DNA of 14,198 bases from Candidatus Hermodarchaeota archaeon. Its GTDB lineage: Archaea; Asgardarchaeota; Thorarchaeia; Thorarchaeales; Thorarchaeaceae. A program made the translations under genes and the position numbers. Positions 1 to 8,701 of this stretch are shown here, in pieces. The notes beneath the pieces are model-generated. The model did not search any database, was not told where the DNA came from, and saw only the letters and a list, made by a program, of their open reading frames with translations. Location of the stretch: the NCBI GenBank assembly GCA_048885865.1, contig JBHLLF010000019.1, forward strand, positions 1 through 14,198. Direction: 5' to 3'. Position 1 is the first letter of the stretch; every line of letters begins with the position of its first letter.

Positions 1-80
1 ATATGACAGTCTGCAGTCCTCGTCAAGTGCAAGAAGGAGTCGTTTGTCAATAGAGTCCAAGACATCCACCCTGACTATAC

Positions 81-458
81 TCAGTCAGTACTTGGTGGGA
101 TTAGCACTCTAAATAGATTATCATCAGGAGTGTCATGGAGCTCTTTTGATGCACAATAGATGCACCCAGCTTTAATCACTGATAATTCAAAGCCAACATC
201 TCTGAGTCTTTTGAAATATTCTAGATGCTCAGAGAGCTGGTCCAACAGTTTTGAAGAGTCCAACTCTATTAAATCAGGATTTTCTGGAACCGACATCTCG
301 ACCACAATAAAGAAAGCATCTCCCGCATGTTCGTCATGTTCAATCAGGATGCGCACCCAAGGCGTTCGATGTATCAGGGTTGTTAATTCATCCGATCCAG
401 CCGCTTCGCGGAGAATGGATGTGGCTTCATCGAATTTCTCTTTAAGGCTATAATTCAA
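81..458 (-). CDS. Hypothetical protein (125 aa)
   Basis: TTG start with an archaeal RBS GGTGAT 5 nt upstream (464-469 on the minus strand). Protein-like acidic composition, no recognised motif. Confidence 0.7.
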   Translation of the reverse strand: MNYSLKEKFDEATSILREAAGSDELTTLIHRTPWVRILIEHDEHAGDAFFIVVEMSVPENPDLIELDSSKLLDQLSEHLEYFKRLRDVGFELSVIKAGCIYCASKELHDTPDDNLFRVLIPPSTD

Positions 459-496
459 CTTCTATCACCAAAACATCATCGTTATCACATAGACTG

Positions 497-528
497 AAAA
501 AAGGAGGAGCACGAAGGGTGCTCCTTCC
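497..528 (-). terminator. Hairpin plus U-tract terminator after the CPBP protease gene
   Basis: 8-bp perfect stem AGGAGCAC (505-512) / GTGCTCCT (518-525), followed on the minus strand by T6 (497-502). Starts about 8 nt after the TAG at 536. Confidence 0.65.
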
Positions 529-535
529 AAGAAAT

Positions 536-1459
536 CTACCCACTGATTGCTGGAATTGATGCAGCTTCCTCCTGTGTTTCCGTGGAATCACTTTTTCTTT
601 CCCACACAAGGCTTCTGTAGCCAAAGACCAAGACTAATCCGATTACTACTGGGACATACAGTAGGATCATGTAGACATAGCCGTACCCACCAGGCACTAG
701 TTCTATTACGTTGATTGGAATAATATCGCTCACCGTGTTCCCCATTGCATGGAACAGCACTGCAGCTAGGACAGACCCATTGGTGTTGTTGAAGATCCAT
801 GTTCTTGTGATGGATACAGGAATCCACCAGATGAAGAAGGTGAATAGAGCACGACCCTCCCATCCAGACAAGCCTGGAATGAATGCGAGAGGTAGGTGCC
901 AGAGGCCTTCTATTATTCCCAGAATAATGCTTGATGTTGTTGCATCAAACCGAGCTTGTAGCATCGGGAGTGCATAACCTCGCCACCCAAACTCTTCGCT
1001 GAGCCCGCCATGGAGGCAGCTTGCCAAAAAGGGACCCAGGAGCATTAGGGGTTGATTCAACCAGAGCAGGGCTGGTTGTTGCATTCCCAGAATTAATCCA
1101 CTGGTCCGTGCTATCAGAAAGAACATTGGATAGAATGCAAAAGTGGCTATGAGCCATTCCATTCTAAATCGTCTGCTCCAGAATCTTTTCCATAGTTCTC
1201 TAACACCCTCTCGGCCTCTCGTTTTGCCTGCTATTACGAATCCGCCAATTGTTGGCCCAAATGGCATCGGGAGAAGGACTGCAAGCAATGAAACCAAACT
1301 AGCAAAATCAGTACCAGCAGTACCTACTCCTGCAGGCATCTGCAGCAATCCTGAGATGAACAACGCATTAAAAGCCCAAGTCCATCCGAACGCGATGCCG
1401 AAGAACAACATCAAGTTCGTCAGGTCAAATTGATTTGCTCTGTAGTTTTGAATTGCCAT
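536..1459 (-). CDS. CPBP family (CAAX/Abi) intramembrane glutamic endopeptidase
   Basis: Multi-TM protein with EEFGWRG, LWHLP and HAMGN motifs. ATG at 1459 is preferred over TTG at 1468. Confidence 0.9.
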   Translation of the reverse strand: MAIQNYRANQFDLTNLMLFFGIAFGWTWAFNALFISGLLQMPAGVGTAGTDFASLVSLLAVLLPMPFGPTIGGFVIAGKTRGREGVRELWKRFWSRRFRMEWLIATFAFYPMFFLIARTSGLILGMQQPALLWLNQPLMLLGPFLASCLHGGLSEEFGWRGYALPMLQARFDATTSSIILGIIEGLWHLPLAFIPGLSGWEGRALFTFFIWWIPVSITRTWIFNNTNGSVLAAVLFHAMGNTVSDIIPINVIELVPGGYGYVYMILLYVPVVIGLVLVFGYRSLVWERKSDSTETQEEAASIPAISG

Positions 1460-1485
1460 TGTAATCAAAAAGACAATGCTGCGAT

Positions 1486-1497
1486 TGATATTATATT
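1486..1497 (-). promoter_or_regulatory. Putative TATA box for the CPBP gene
   Basis: Minus strand reads AATATAATAT about 30 nt upstream of the ATG, the usual spacing for a leaderless archaeal transcript. Confidence 0.4.
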
Positions 1498-1683
1498 GAG
1501 CTTAACTCATGAGTTTGGCTTTCATCCTGTTCCTTCCTTTGGCGTCTCAAATCAAAACCAATCATTTCGTTTTCGAGCGCTATAGGGGAAGATGGACACT
1601 GACAAGAATGAAAGGAGGAAGAATGGAAGGAGTGTAACCAGCAGGCTTATCTCTTCCAGAAGCGGTGAGTTGCTGAACGCAGT

Positions 1684-2601
1684 ATGGACCTACTAGATAA
1701 GAGGATTCTAACTGAACTGACGAGAAACTGTAGAATAACCTACCAAGAGCTCAGCTCAAAGATAGGATTGACAGCTACTGGAACTAGGAAACGGGTTGAG
1801 AATCTGATAGACGATGGTACATTATACTCGTTTTCAATCCGTCCCACATTGAATTCAATGAATGCGGATATTGCTATCGCACTCGTAGAAACAGACGGTC
1901 AAGAATCCCCAGCTGATTTTCTCGAATCATTTGGAGAGAATGAAAGCGTTGGAGAAGTCAATCCCATTGCTACAAAGGATGGCGGTTTCTACTTGGTAAT
2001 CTCAGATTATATTGGCGCCAACGGCATTATCAACCTTGGAAGCTTTCTTAGAACGCTAGATTATGTTGAGAAGGTGGATATGCATTCTGTAATCACAGAT
2101 CCACAATATCATGGCAATTCTGTTGAATTCAAGCCACTTGAACTCAGGGTAATGAAGTATCTCACCCAAGATGCTCGGATGACAGTTAGTGAAATATCTG
2201 AGAAATCAAATCTTACAGTAAGACGAGTTAGAAACATCCTAAAGAAACTACAAGAAGATGGGGGAGTCAACTTCTTAATACGGTGGAATACTGCAGCCGC
2301 AGGAGCAGTTCGATTCTTCCTTCCTATTGAATACAATCCAAAGGATACAAACCATGAGGATTTGATTAATTGGCTCTTCGATGCATATCCGAAGGAGTTC
2401 TGGCTCTATTGGATTTCAACAAATAAACCCCTGATCTTTGCAAGTTTTACTGCTGAATCGATTGAAGAGGCTAGAAGAATATCTCTAGAGGTGCAGGAAA
2501 ATTCAGTGGTATCCTCAGTTGAAACTTGGATATGTTATCCACCGCGCAAGTTCAAGACCTATCCCGAAAAATGGTTGGAAGAGAAGCTCAGCCAGATATG
2601 A
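1684..2601 (+). CDS. Tandem (two-module) Lrp/AsnC family transcriptional regulator
   Basis: Two AsnC-type HTH segments (DLLDKRILTELTRNCRITYQELSSKIGLT... and LELRVMKYLTQDARMTVSEISEKSNLT...), each followed by a RAM-like region. Divergent from the CPBP gene. Confidence 0.9.
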   Translation: MDLLDKRILTELTRNCRITYQELSSKIGLTATGTRKRVENLIDDGTLYSFSIRPTLNSMNADIAIALVETDGQESPADFLESFGENESVGEVNPIATKDGGFYLVISDYIGANGIINLGSFLRTLDYVEKVDMHSVITDPQYHGNSVEFKPLELRVMKYLTQDARMTVSEISEKSNLTVRRVRNILKKLQEDGGVNFLIRWNTAAAGAVRFFLPIEYNPKDTNHEDLINWLFDAYPKEFWLYWISTNKPLIFASFTAESIEEARRISLEVQENSVVSSVETWICYPPRKFKTYPEKWLEEKLSQI

Positions 2602-2667
2602 GATCAATTCGATCTATTCGCATAGTTCCCAGATGCATTCATTACAATGCCCAAATTATGGTAGATG

Positions 2668-2689
2668 GAGGGTGAACCGAATCACCCTC
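2668..2689. other. Perfect 8-bp hairpin in the intergenic region
   Basis: GAGGGTGA-accgaa-TCACCCTC. No adjacent U-tract, function unknown. Confidence 0.35.
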
Positions 2690-2859
2690 GTATGCCAGAA
2701 ATACAGGTTCATGTTTCCTAGAAATTCGAATGCTCTGTAGTATCAAAAAGGGGCACTTAGTAACCTTGAAAAGCGCAATCCTGACTGAGTCGCGCTATAT
2801 TTAGAGATGCAATTTAGGGAAGAGTGGATGTTTATGAAGACGCTATTCGGGTGACGCGC

Positions 2860-3804
2860 ATGAGCAAGAGGAAATACATCAGGCAATACAAATGGTCAAA
2901 CGTTTATGCAATGATGCGAGGTGGAGGAGGGGAACTAAAAGAATGCACTGATGATTTCGAAGGACGCTTGGTGGTCATCACAGGTGCAACATCAGGAATT
3001 GGGTATGTAACTGCAAGAGAGTACGCCTCACATGGTGCAAACCTCCTTGTAATTAATCGTAATGAAGAAAAGTCGATTGCCCTATGTGAAGAGATCCGCC
3101 AGGAATTTCAAGTAGAATGTGATTATAGGATTGCAGATTTTTCACGATTATCTGAAATGCACAAGGTTGGAAAGGAACTTCTGGAGTCAGACTTAGACAT
3201 CGATGTTCTTATCCATAATGCTGGTATCTATTCAACGAAAAAGATAATCACTGAAGATGGCCATGAGCTGGTCTTTCAAGTAGATTATCTTGGGTCTTTC
3301 GTCCTGAATTATATGCTGAAGGATAAATTGAAAGCAAGAGGAAAAGCACGCATCATCTTTGTTAATTCAGAAGGTCATCGATTTGCTGTTTGGGGCATAG
3401 GACTGCATGACCCTACATATGAAAAACGTAGACATTCAGGTTTAGGGAGTTATGGTGTAGCGAAGACAGCCCAGCTTCTTTCGATGATCAAATTTGCTGA
3501 ATATTTCGAAGGGAGCGGCGTGACCATAAACGCGATGCACCCAGGAACTGTCAAAACCAATACTGGTTCAGACAATGGTCGAATATACCGTTGGTATAAG
3601 AGAAACTTGGTCGATCGTATCTCCAAAGATCCGCAAATATCTGCAACAGCGCTTTATTATCTGGGCGTTTCCAAGGAAATGGATGAAATAAGTGGCAAGT
3701 TCTTCAATCTAACAAAGGAGGAAGAACCCGCACCTCCAGCATTAGATAGGGAGGTAGCGGAGGAGCTTTGGTACAAATCAATAGAAATGGCTGGGTTGGA
3801 ATGA
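2860..3804 (+). CDS. SDR family NAD(P)-dependent oxidoreductase (retinol dehydrogenase-like)
   Basis: TGATSGIG Rossmann motif, HNAG, YGVAK (YxxxK), MHPGTV. The ATG at 2860 has a GGTGA RBS 5 nt upstream, so it is preferred over GTG at 2824. Confidence 0.9.
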   Translation: MSKRKYIRQYKWSNVYAMMRGGGGELKECTDDFEGRLVVITGATSGIGYVTAREYASHGANLLVINRNEEKSIALCEEIRQEFQVECDYRIADFSRLSEMHKVGKELLESDLDIDVLIHNAGIYSTKKIITEDGHELVFQVDYLGSFVLNYMLKDKLKARGKARIIFVNSEGHRFAVWGIGLHDPTYEKRRHSGLGSYGVAKTAQLLSMIKFAEYFEGSGVTINAMHPGTVKTNTGSDNGRIYRWYKRNLVDRISKDPQISATALYYLGVSKEMDEISGKFFNLTKEEEPAPPALDREVAEELWYKSIEMAGLE

Positions 3805-5399
3805 GCGAGAGCAATCATAGAACAGTTATTGTTGGCGGGGGAATGGCAGGCTTAACAGCTGCCGTGTATTTGTCAAGAGCTGGACATGACGTCCTTTTGC
3901 TAGAGAAGAACAAGGAATGCGGCGGGCTCCTCAACTCATTTGATCGAGACGGATTCACCTTTGATGCAGGTGCAAGATCAATACTGAATGCTGGAATAAT
4001 TCGACCTATGCTAAATGAACTAGGAATTGAGCTTGAATTTCTTGATAGCCCTGTATCAATAGGAATCGAGAATGATATCATCCCTATGACTTCGCAAACT
4101 GGCTTGGATGACTACAAGCGATTGCTAGAGAAGTTATATCCTGAAAGCATCAATGATATCGACAAAATCATCTCGAAAATTGAGAGAATTAAGAAAGATA
4201 TGGAGATTCTATATGGTATTGATAATCCCTATTTCAGGGATATGAAAAGCATAAGCTATCTCCTCAAAGAACTCCTTCCTTGGTTTGGAAAATTCATATT
4301 TGCCTTACGTCGAATGGGCAAAAACAACGAACCTGTTGAGTCCTTTTTGGAAAGACTGACTTCAAATCAATCCCTCATCGACATCATCGCTCAGCATTTC
4401 TTCAAGAAGACACCGACATCTTTCGCCTTGGGCTACTTCTATGTATACACTGATTATATCTATCCAAAGGGAGGTACAGGTCAATTACCGAAGGCGCTAG
4501 TGGGAAAAATCATAGAAGAGGACGGAAAGATTCAGAACGATACTGAAATTACCGAAGTCAATCTAGCTGATAAGAAGTTGAATGATAAGGATGGTAACGC
4601 GTATTCATATGATACTCTCATCTGGAGCGCAGATTTGAAGACATTGTATCGAATACTAAAAACCCAGAGCCTGGGAGAGGAGGATACTCAAAGAATCATG
4701 GAGCAGAAAGATCTGCTACTATCAAAGCGCGGATGCGATTCTATCTATTCATTATATGTTGGTGCAGATATCCCCCTGGAATCCTTTGGTTCTATTTCTA
4801 ACGGGCATTTCTTCTATACCCCGACGAGAAGAGGTTTGGGTGAGATTCATTGGTCCGAGCTCGATTCTTTGATCGAGAATTTTGAAACCAAATCAAGGGA
4901 AGAAGTTTTGCAATGGTTGGATAAATATTGTCAATTGACGACATATGAAATATCGATTCCCGCACTCAGAAATGCCGCATTAACTCCCGAGGGAAAAACG
5001 GGCCTGATAATAAGCATGCTATTTGAATACGATTTAATCAAAAAAGTCAGGGATGCCAACTGGTACGATGAATTCCGAGTCGAGGTCGAAACCCGAATGT
5101 TGGATACGCTTTCGAATTCCATCTATCCAGGTCTGAAGGACAAGGTGCTCTTTCAATCATCTGCAACCCCACTCAGTATTGAAAAGATTGCAGGAACTTC
5201 AGAAGGAGCTGTTGTAGGGTGGTCATATTTATCACCCGTCCCTGTTGTAGACAGTCTCCGAAAAATGTCAAGCTCAGTTAAGACGCCGATTCCAAACGTA
5301 TACCAAGCAGGCCAATGGGCTTATAGTCCAGCGGGAATACCTACTGCAATCCTTACGGGCTGGCATGCTGCGCAAAATGTAATGAAGACCAAGAAGTGA
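3801..5399 (+). CDS. NAD(P)/FAD-dependent oxidoreductase, phytoene desaturase (CrtI)/retinol saturase-like
   Basis: IVGGGMAGLTAA...LLEK...GG..FDAG dinucleotide fold, YPKGG, C-terminal NVYQAGQW..PAGIP. ATGA overlap with the SDR stop suggests translational coupling. Confidence 0.88.
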   Translation: MSESNHRTVIVGGGMAGLTAAVYLSRAGHDVLLLEKNKECGGLLNSFDRDGFTFDAGARSILNAGIIRPMLNELGIELEFLDSPVSIGIENDIIPMTSQTGLDDYKRLLEKLYPESINDIDKIISKIERIKKDMEILYGIDNPYFRDMKSISYLLKELLPWFGKFIFALRRMGKNNEPVESFLERLTSNQSLIDIIAQHFFKKTPTSFALGYFYVYTDYIYPKGGTGQLPKALVGKIIEEDGKIQNDTEITEVNLADKKLNDKDGNAYSYDTLIWSADLKTLYRILKTQSLGEEDTQRIMEQKDLLLSKRGCDSIYSLYVGADIPLESFGSISNGHFFYTPTRRGLGEIHWSELDSLIENFETKSREEVLQWLDKYCQLTTYEISIPALRNAALTPEGKTGLIISMLFEYDLIKKVRDANWYDEFRVEVETRMLDTLSNSIYPGLKDKVLFQSSATPLSIEKIAGTSEGAVVGWSYLSPVPVVDSLRKMSSSVKTPIPNVYQAGQWAYSPAGIPTAILTGWHAAQNVMKTKK

Positions 5400-5407
5400 T
5401 TCTAGTT

Positions 5408-6112
5408 TCACTGATTACGAGCAGCAAGATACGCCTTGTTCTCTCTTTCAATCGCTTCCTTATGAGTGGTTAGTGGAGCTGAAATTGCATCCAGGAGCTT
5501 TTGGGTAACGGTCCCTGATTCGACTATTTGGATACCTGCTTCCTCCGCAGCTGCATAGACCTCTTTCGCTAAGCTCTCTTGATATTTCAAGCGAGATGCA
5601 TGGGGTCGTAGAATAGGCCCAATGAAATCAACACCTGAATTATCAGCAATCTCTCGAGCAATATGTGTGACAACCTCGAAGTTTCCTATTTCAAACCACC
5701 CCCCACTGGACACGAATACAATCTTTGAGATGTTAACATTATCGTGAAACTTGGCTCGTGTTCTATCATTCTTTATCTCTAACAGAGGTTCGACGAGAGG
5801 CATTAATCTGTTCAGAAGATTCTGGAAATTACCCGGTAAGGGCAGGTAGATTGGAGTTGCAAGAACAAGTATGTCAGCTTCTCTTGCCTTTGCATATACC
5901 TGCTCCATATCGTCAGTATGAATACATACTCCTACTTTCTCATACCAACATTGGAAGTCTCCAATGCATGGTCTTATCTTCAGATCCTTTGAAAAAAGCA
6001 AGTCTACAGTTGCCCCTGCTTTCCTCATCCCTTCAAGCAATGGACCGAGTATCAAGTGGGTGTTTCCCTTTTCCTTATTCGGACTCCCATTAATTGCTAA
6101 TACGTCCGTCAT
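5408..6112 (-). CDS. Flavodoxin family / NADPH-dependent FMN reductase (iron-sulfur flavoprotein-like)
   Basis: INGSPNKEKGNT FMN-binding loop, CIGDFQCW...C..DDM cluster-like motif, ADILVLATPIY. Confidence 0.88.
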   Translation of the reverse strand: MTDVLAINGSPNKEKGNTHLILGPLLEGMRKAGATVDLLFSKDLKIRPCIGDFQCWYEKVGVCIHTDDMEQVYAKAREADILVLATPIYLPLPGNFQNLLNRLMPLVEPLLEIKNDRTRAKFHDNVNISKIVFVSSGGWFEIGNFEVVTHIAREIADNSGVDFIGPILRPHASRLKYQESLAKEVYAAAEEAGIQIVESGTVTQKLLDAISAPLTTHKEAIERENKAYLAARNQ

Positions 6113-6210
6113 GTCACATCCCTAACCAATCCTGATTGAGACCTGTACTGATGTAAGAAGATTTCTATCCGGAGGGGAGAAATATAACCTGCACATCCAG
6201 GTCTGTGTGT

Positions 6211-7473
6211 CTAGGATGAAAAATGAATCATTGAAAACTGATTTCTTCTCATCTTGATTACTATAGTGAGCACAATCAAGCCTGCGATGATGGGGATTGA
6301 AACACCAAGATAGCTGTAGAGCAGTGATGGTGCCGTATTACTAGTGGTGGGTTCGCTAGTCGGAGTGGTTTTGTAATCAATAGCTGACCAATTGAGTCTA
6401 AATGAATTTGCTGAGGGAACAAATTCCGCTAGATAGGCGCGAGCTTTTTCAATATTCAATGCGCCATATCCCGATTTCTCATCCCATCCAATGTCAAGCA
6501 TGTCTGTAGCACCCCAAACCAACGCATCTTCAATTTGACTGTTTGATGCCCATGGAAACTGATTCCAAAGGAGAACAGCTGAAGCTGCAGCTATTGGAGT
6601 GGAACAGGATGACCCTCCAAAGGTGCCATAATTGCCTGTGGTCTGCATATATGCAGGCACGCCACCTGCTGGAGCAACCAGAAATAGCTGGTCGCCATAA
6701 CCACCTTCATTGTATGTGCCAGTTCTATCAACTCTTCCAATAACTCGAACATATGGCAACGACTGAGGCACATCCTTTGGATGCAGCGGATATAGAGCAT
6801 TATCACATCCGGCGAAGAAGAGTGCCTCTCCATTTTCATATAGCTCTGAGACCTTATTCTGAAGTTCAACTAAAATCGGATCATCGAAGTCAATCAAATA
6901 CACTGTGGCAAGAAAACTCATCGTAAAGACCATTCTTCTGAAGCTCGTACCCCAATCGAATATGTCTATCAATTTCTGCATGTATATTCGATACGAGGCA
7001 ACATCCTCAACAGGATAGGCACCCCAAGGCCATGCACTATACAACGGAGCGTTTACGATTCCTGCCACACCTACTTCGTTGTTTATTGTGGAAGCAGCTA
7101 CGGATGCAACCGCTGCTTCATGAGAACTTGAGCTAGAAGTTGGATAAGGCAAGTATGAAGTAGAACTGCTATCCCATGAGAAACTGGCCTTTGCTGTTAT
7201 ATTCAGGTCTCCATTTTGATCATTAATAATAGCCTCCCCGACTACACATAGCCCAATAGCATCAGGTGAATTGAAAGAATAACCATAGTCCCAGACGCTG
7301 TGTATCTTAATGGCATCCAAATGCCAAGGGTCACCTTCAGGGTCGTTCGGAATGAATCCCTGAACAAGAAGGATATTTCCAAACAAATGGGCAATGACCA
7401 AGAATATTATTGCACTCATAAGAGCGAATGATTTTGAGAAATGGGACTTCGAGATTGCTACCTTATTGCCCAT
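6211..7473 (-). CDS. Membrane-anchored S8 (subtilisin-like) serine peptidase with atypical catalytic motifs
   Basis: N-terminal hydrophobic signal, PND..WHLDAI, SHEAAVASVAA (His motif), FGGSSCSTPIAAA (Ser motif), GWDEKSGYGALN, T/S-rich linker and a C-terminal TM with basic tail. ATG at 7473 (MGNK) is preferred. Confidence 0.8.
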   Translation of the reverse strand: MGNKVAISKSHFSKSFALMSAIIFLVIAHLFGNILLVQGFIPNDPEGDPWHLDAIKIHSVWDYGYSFNSPDAIGLCVVGEAIINDQNGDLNITAKASFSWDSSSTSYLPYPTSSSSSHEAAVASVAASTINNEVGVAGIVNAPLYSAWPWGAYPVEDVASYRIYMQKLIDIFDWGTSFRRMVFTMSFLATVYLIDFDDPILVELQNKVSELYENGEALFFAGCDNALYPLHPKDVPQSLPYVRVIGRVDRTGTYNEGGYGDQLFLVAPAGGVPAYMQTTGNYGTFGGSSCSTPIAAASAVLLWNQFPWASNSQIEDALVWGATDMLDIGWDEKSGYGALNIEKARAYLAEFVPSANSFRLNWSAIDYKTTPTSEPTTSNTAPSLLYSYLGVSIPIIAGLIVLTIVIKMRRNQFSMIHFSS

Positions 7474-7536
7474 GTCCAACAACCCAGATGAGAAGGAATC
7501 ACGGACATACTGGAAATTAAAAACACTCATCAAAGC

Positions 7537-7675
7537 AATAGAAAGAATGGAAGGAGGGGCGACGGGTGCACCCTTGCAGGGTGTGTCAAATGCGGCCTAT
7601 TCGTTTACAGCCGCACCTTCATCCGCCGCCAGTCACGAGCTCCTTCCTGACTATCTCGCGACACTCCCCGTCATC
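7537..7675 (-). repeat. Repeat copy R1: duplicated vhuU 3' end + intact variant SECIS + GCAA hairpin + pyrimidine tract
   Basis: 7617-7675 is identical over 59 nt to 11369-11427. The distal part shares AATAGAAAGAA, GAAGGAG and GCACCCTTGC with R3. Confidence 0.93.
7585..7622 (-). promoter_or_regulatory. Orphan eukaryote-like SECIS element (in R1)
   Basis: Minus strand: AUGAA-GGUGCGGCU-GU-AAA-CGAAUA-GGCCGCAUU-UGAC. Same 38-nt geometry as the vhuU SECIS, with a 9-bp stem fully paired (WC/GU). Confidence 0.75.
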
Positions 7676-7771
7676 ATAGATAAGCCGGACTGAATGAAAT
7701 ATAGGCTTAAATGCGTTCAAGTGGTGACACGATGAATGTTTAATCTAAAGAATATATGAGGATTAATAACA

Positions 7772-8584
7772 ATGCCATTTTTTGACAATGAAGGAGTTAG
7801 AATATATTATGAAATCGAAGGGGGAGGGCCACCTGTAATAATGATTCATGGATTTGCCGCAAATATCGAAGCTAATTGGAAAGCTACTAATTGGGTAGAT
7901 GTTCTTAAGGATGATTATAAATTGGTACTTGTAGATTGTCGTGGGCACGGGAAAAGCGACAAACCTAAAGATCCTGCTCAGTATGGAGAAAAGATGAACG
8001 ATGATATCGTTAAATTGCTTGATCATTTATCTATTGAGAGGGCTAATTTCTTCGGATATTCTATGGGGGCACGAATGACTACAGATATTTTGCTTCAAAA
8101 GCAAGAACGCTTCATTAGTGCTATTATTGGAGGATTCCCACTCTACTATCCTAAAAGAAGTACAAAACTCATGGCTAAAGTAATGATGAAAAGATGGATA
8201 AAAGGTTTAAAAAAAGCAAATCTTGATGATGTCAACGATAAAGCAGCTTTAAGATTCCGAAAGACAATTTCAGAATATCCTGACTCTCAATCACAAGATC
8301 TTGAAGCTTTAGTTTATGTTTTGGAAGGGGATATTCAACGTCCGGATGGTATACTCCCAACTGATCCCGAAAGGAAGAAAGCTCTTAGAAAAGTCAATGT
8401 GCCAGTTATGGCCGTTTACGGAGCTGATGACGATGTTATTAAAAGAGGTAAATCCACAGGAGCTCAATTAGTACCAGGTTCTTGTCAATTCCAAATCGAA
8501 GGAAAAGACCATATTACTGTTGTCGCAGATCCCAAATTTCACATGGTCGTAAGAGCTTTTTTGGACTACGTAAACAAGAAGTAA
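7772..8584 (+). CDS. Alpha/beta fold hydrolase
   Basis: HGF oxyanion motif, DCRGHGKS, GYSMG nucleophile elbow, GADDD acid and KDH His. Visibly AT-rich. Confidence 0.92.
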   Translation: MPFFDNEGVRIYYEIEGGGPPVIMIHGFAANIEANWKATNWVDVLKDDYKLVLVDCRGHGKSDKPKDPAQYGEKMNDDIVKLLDHLSIERANFFGYSMGARMTTDILLQKQERFISAIIGGFPLYYPKRSTKLMAKVMMKRWIKGLKKANLDDVNDKAALRFRKTISEYPDSQSQDLEALVYVLEGDIQRPDGILPTDPERKKALRKVNVPVMAVYGADDDVIKRGKSTGAQLVPGSCQFQIEGKDHITVVADPKFHMVVRAFLDYVNKK

Positions 8585-8701
8585 TCCAATACCGATTTTT
8601 TGGATTAATTCACCTAAAGGAAAATTCCATAATGCTATACCATTGTATAGAGCAGGTTATATTCAGTAATTCTTAGGTTGCCCAAAGTCTTATTGAAAAA
8701 A

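Noticed and set aside
70-88. CCTGACTATA match to R2 and a small CTGACT/AGTCAG hairpin
   Set aside because: A 10-nt match is too short to distinguish from chance.
7394-7693. 99-aa plus-strand ORF
   Set aside because: It is antisense to the S8 gene and repeat R1, so it is most likely a shadow ORF.
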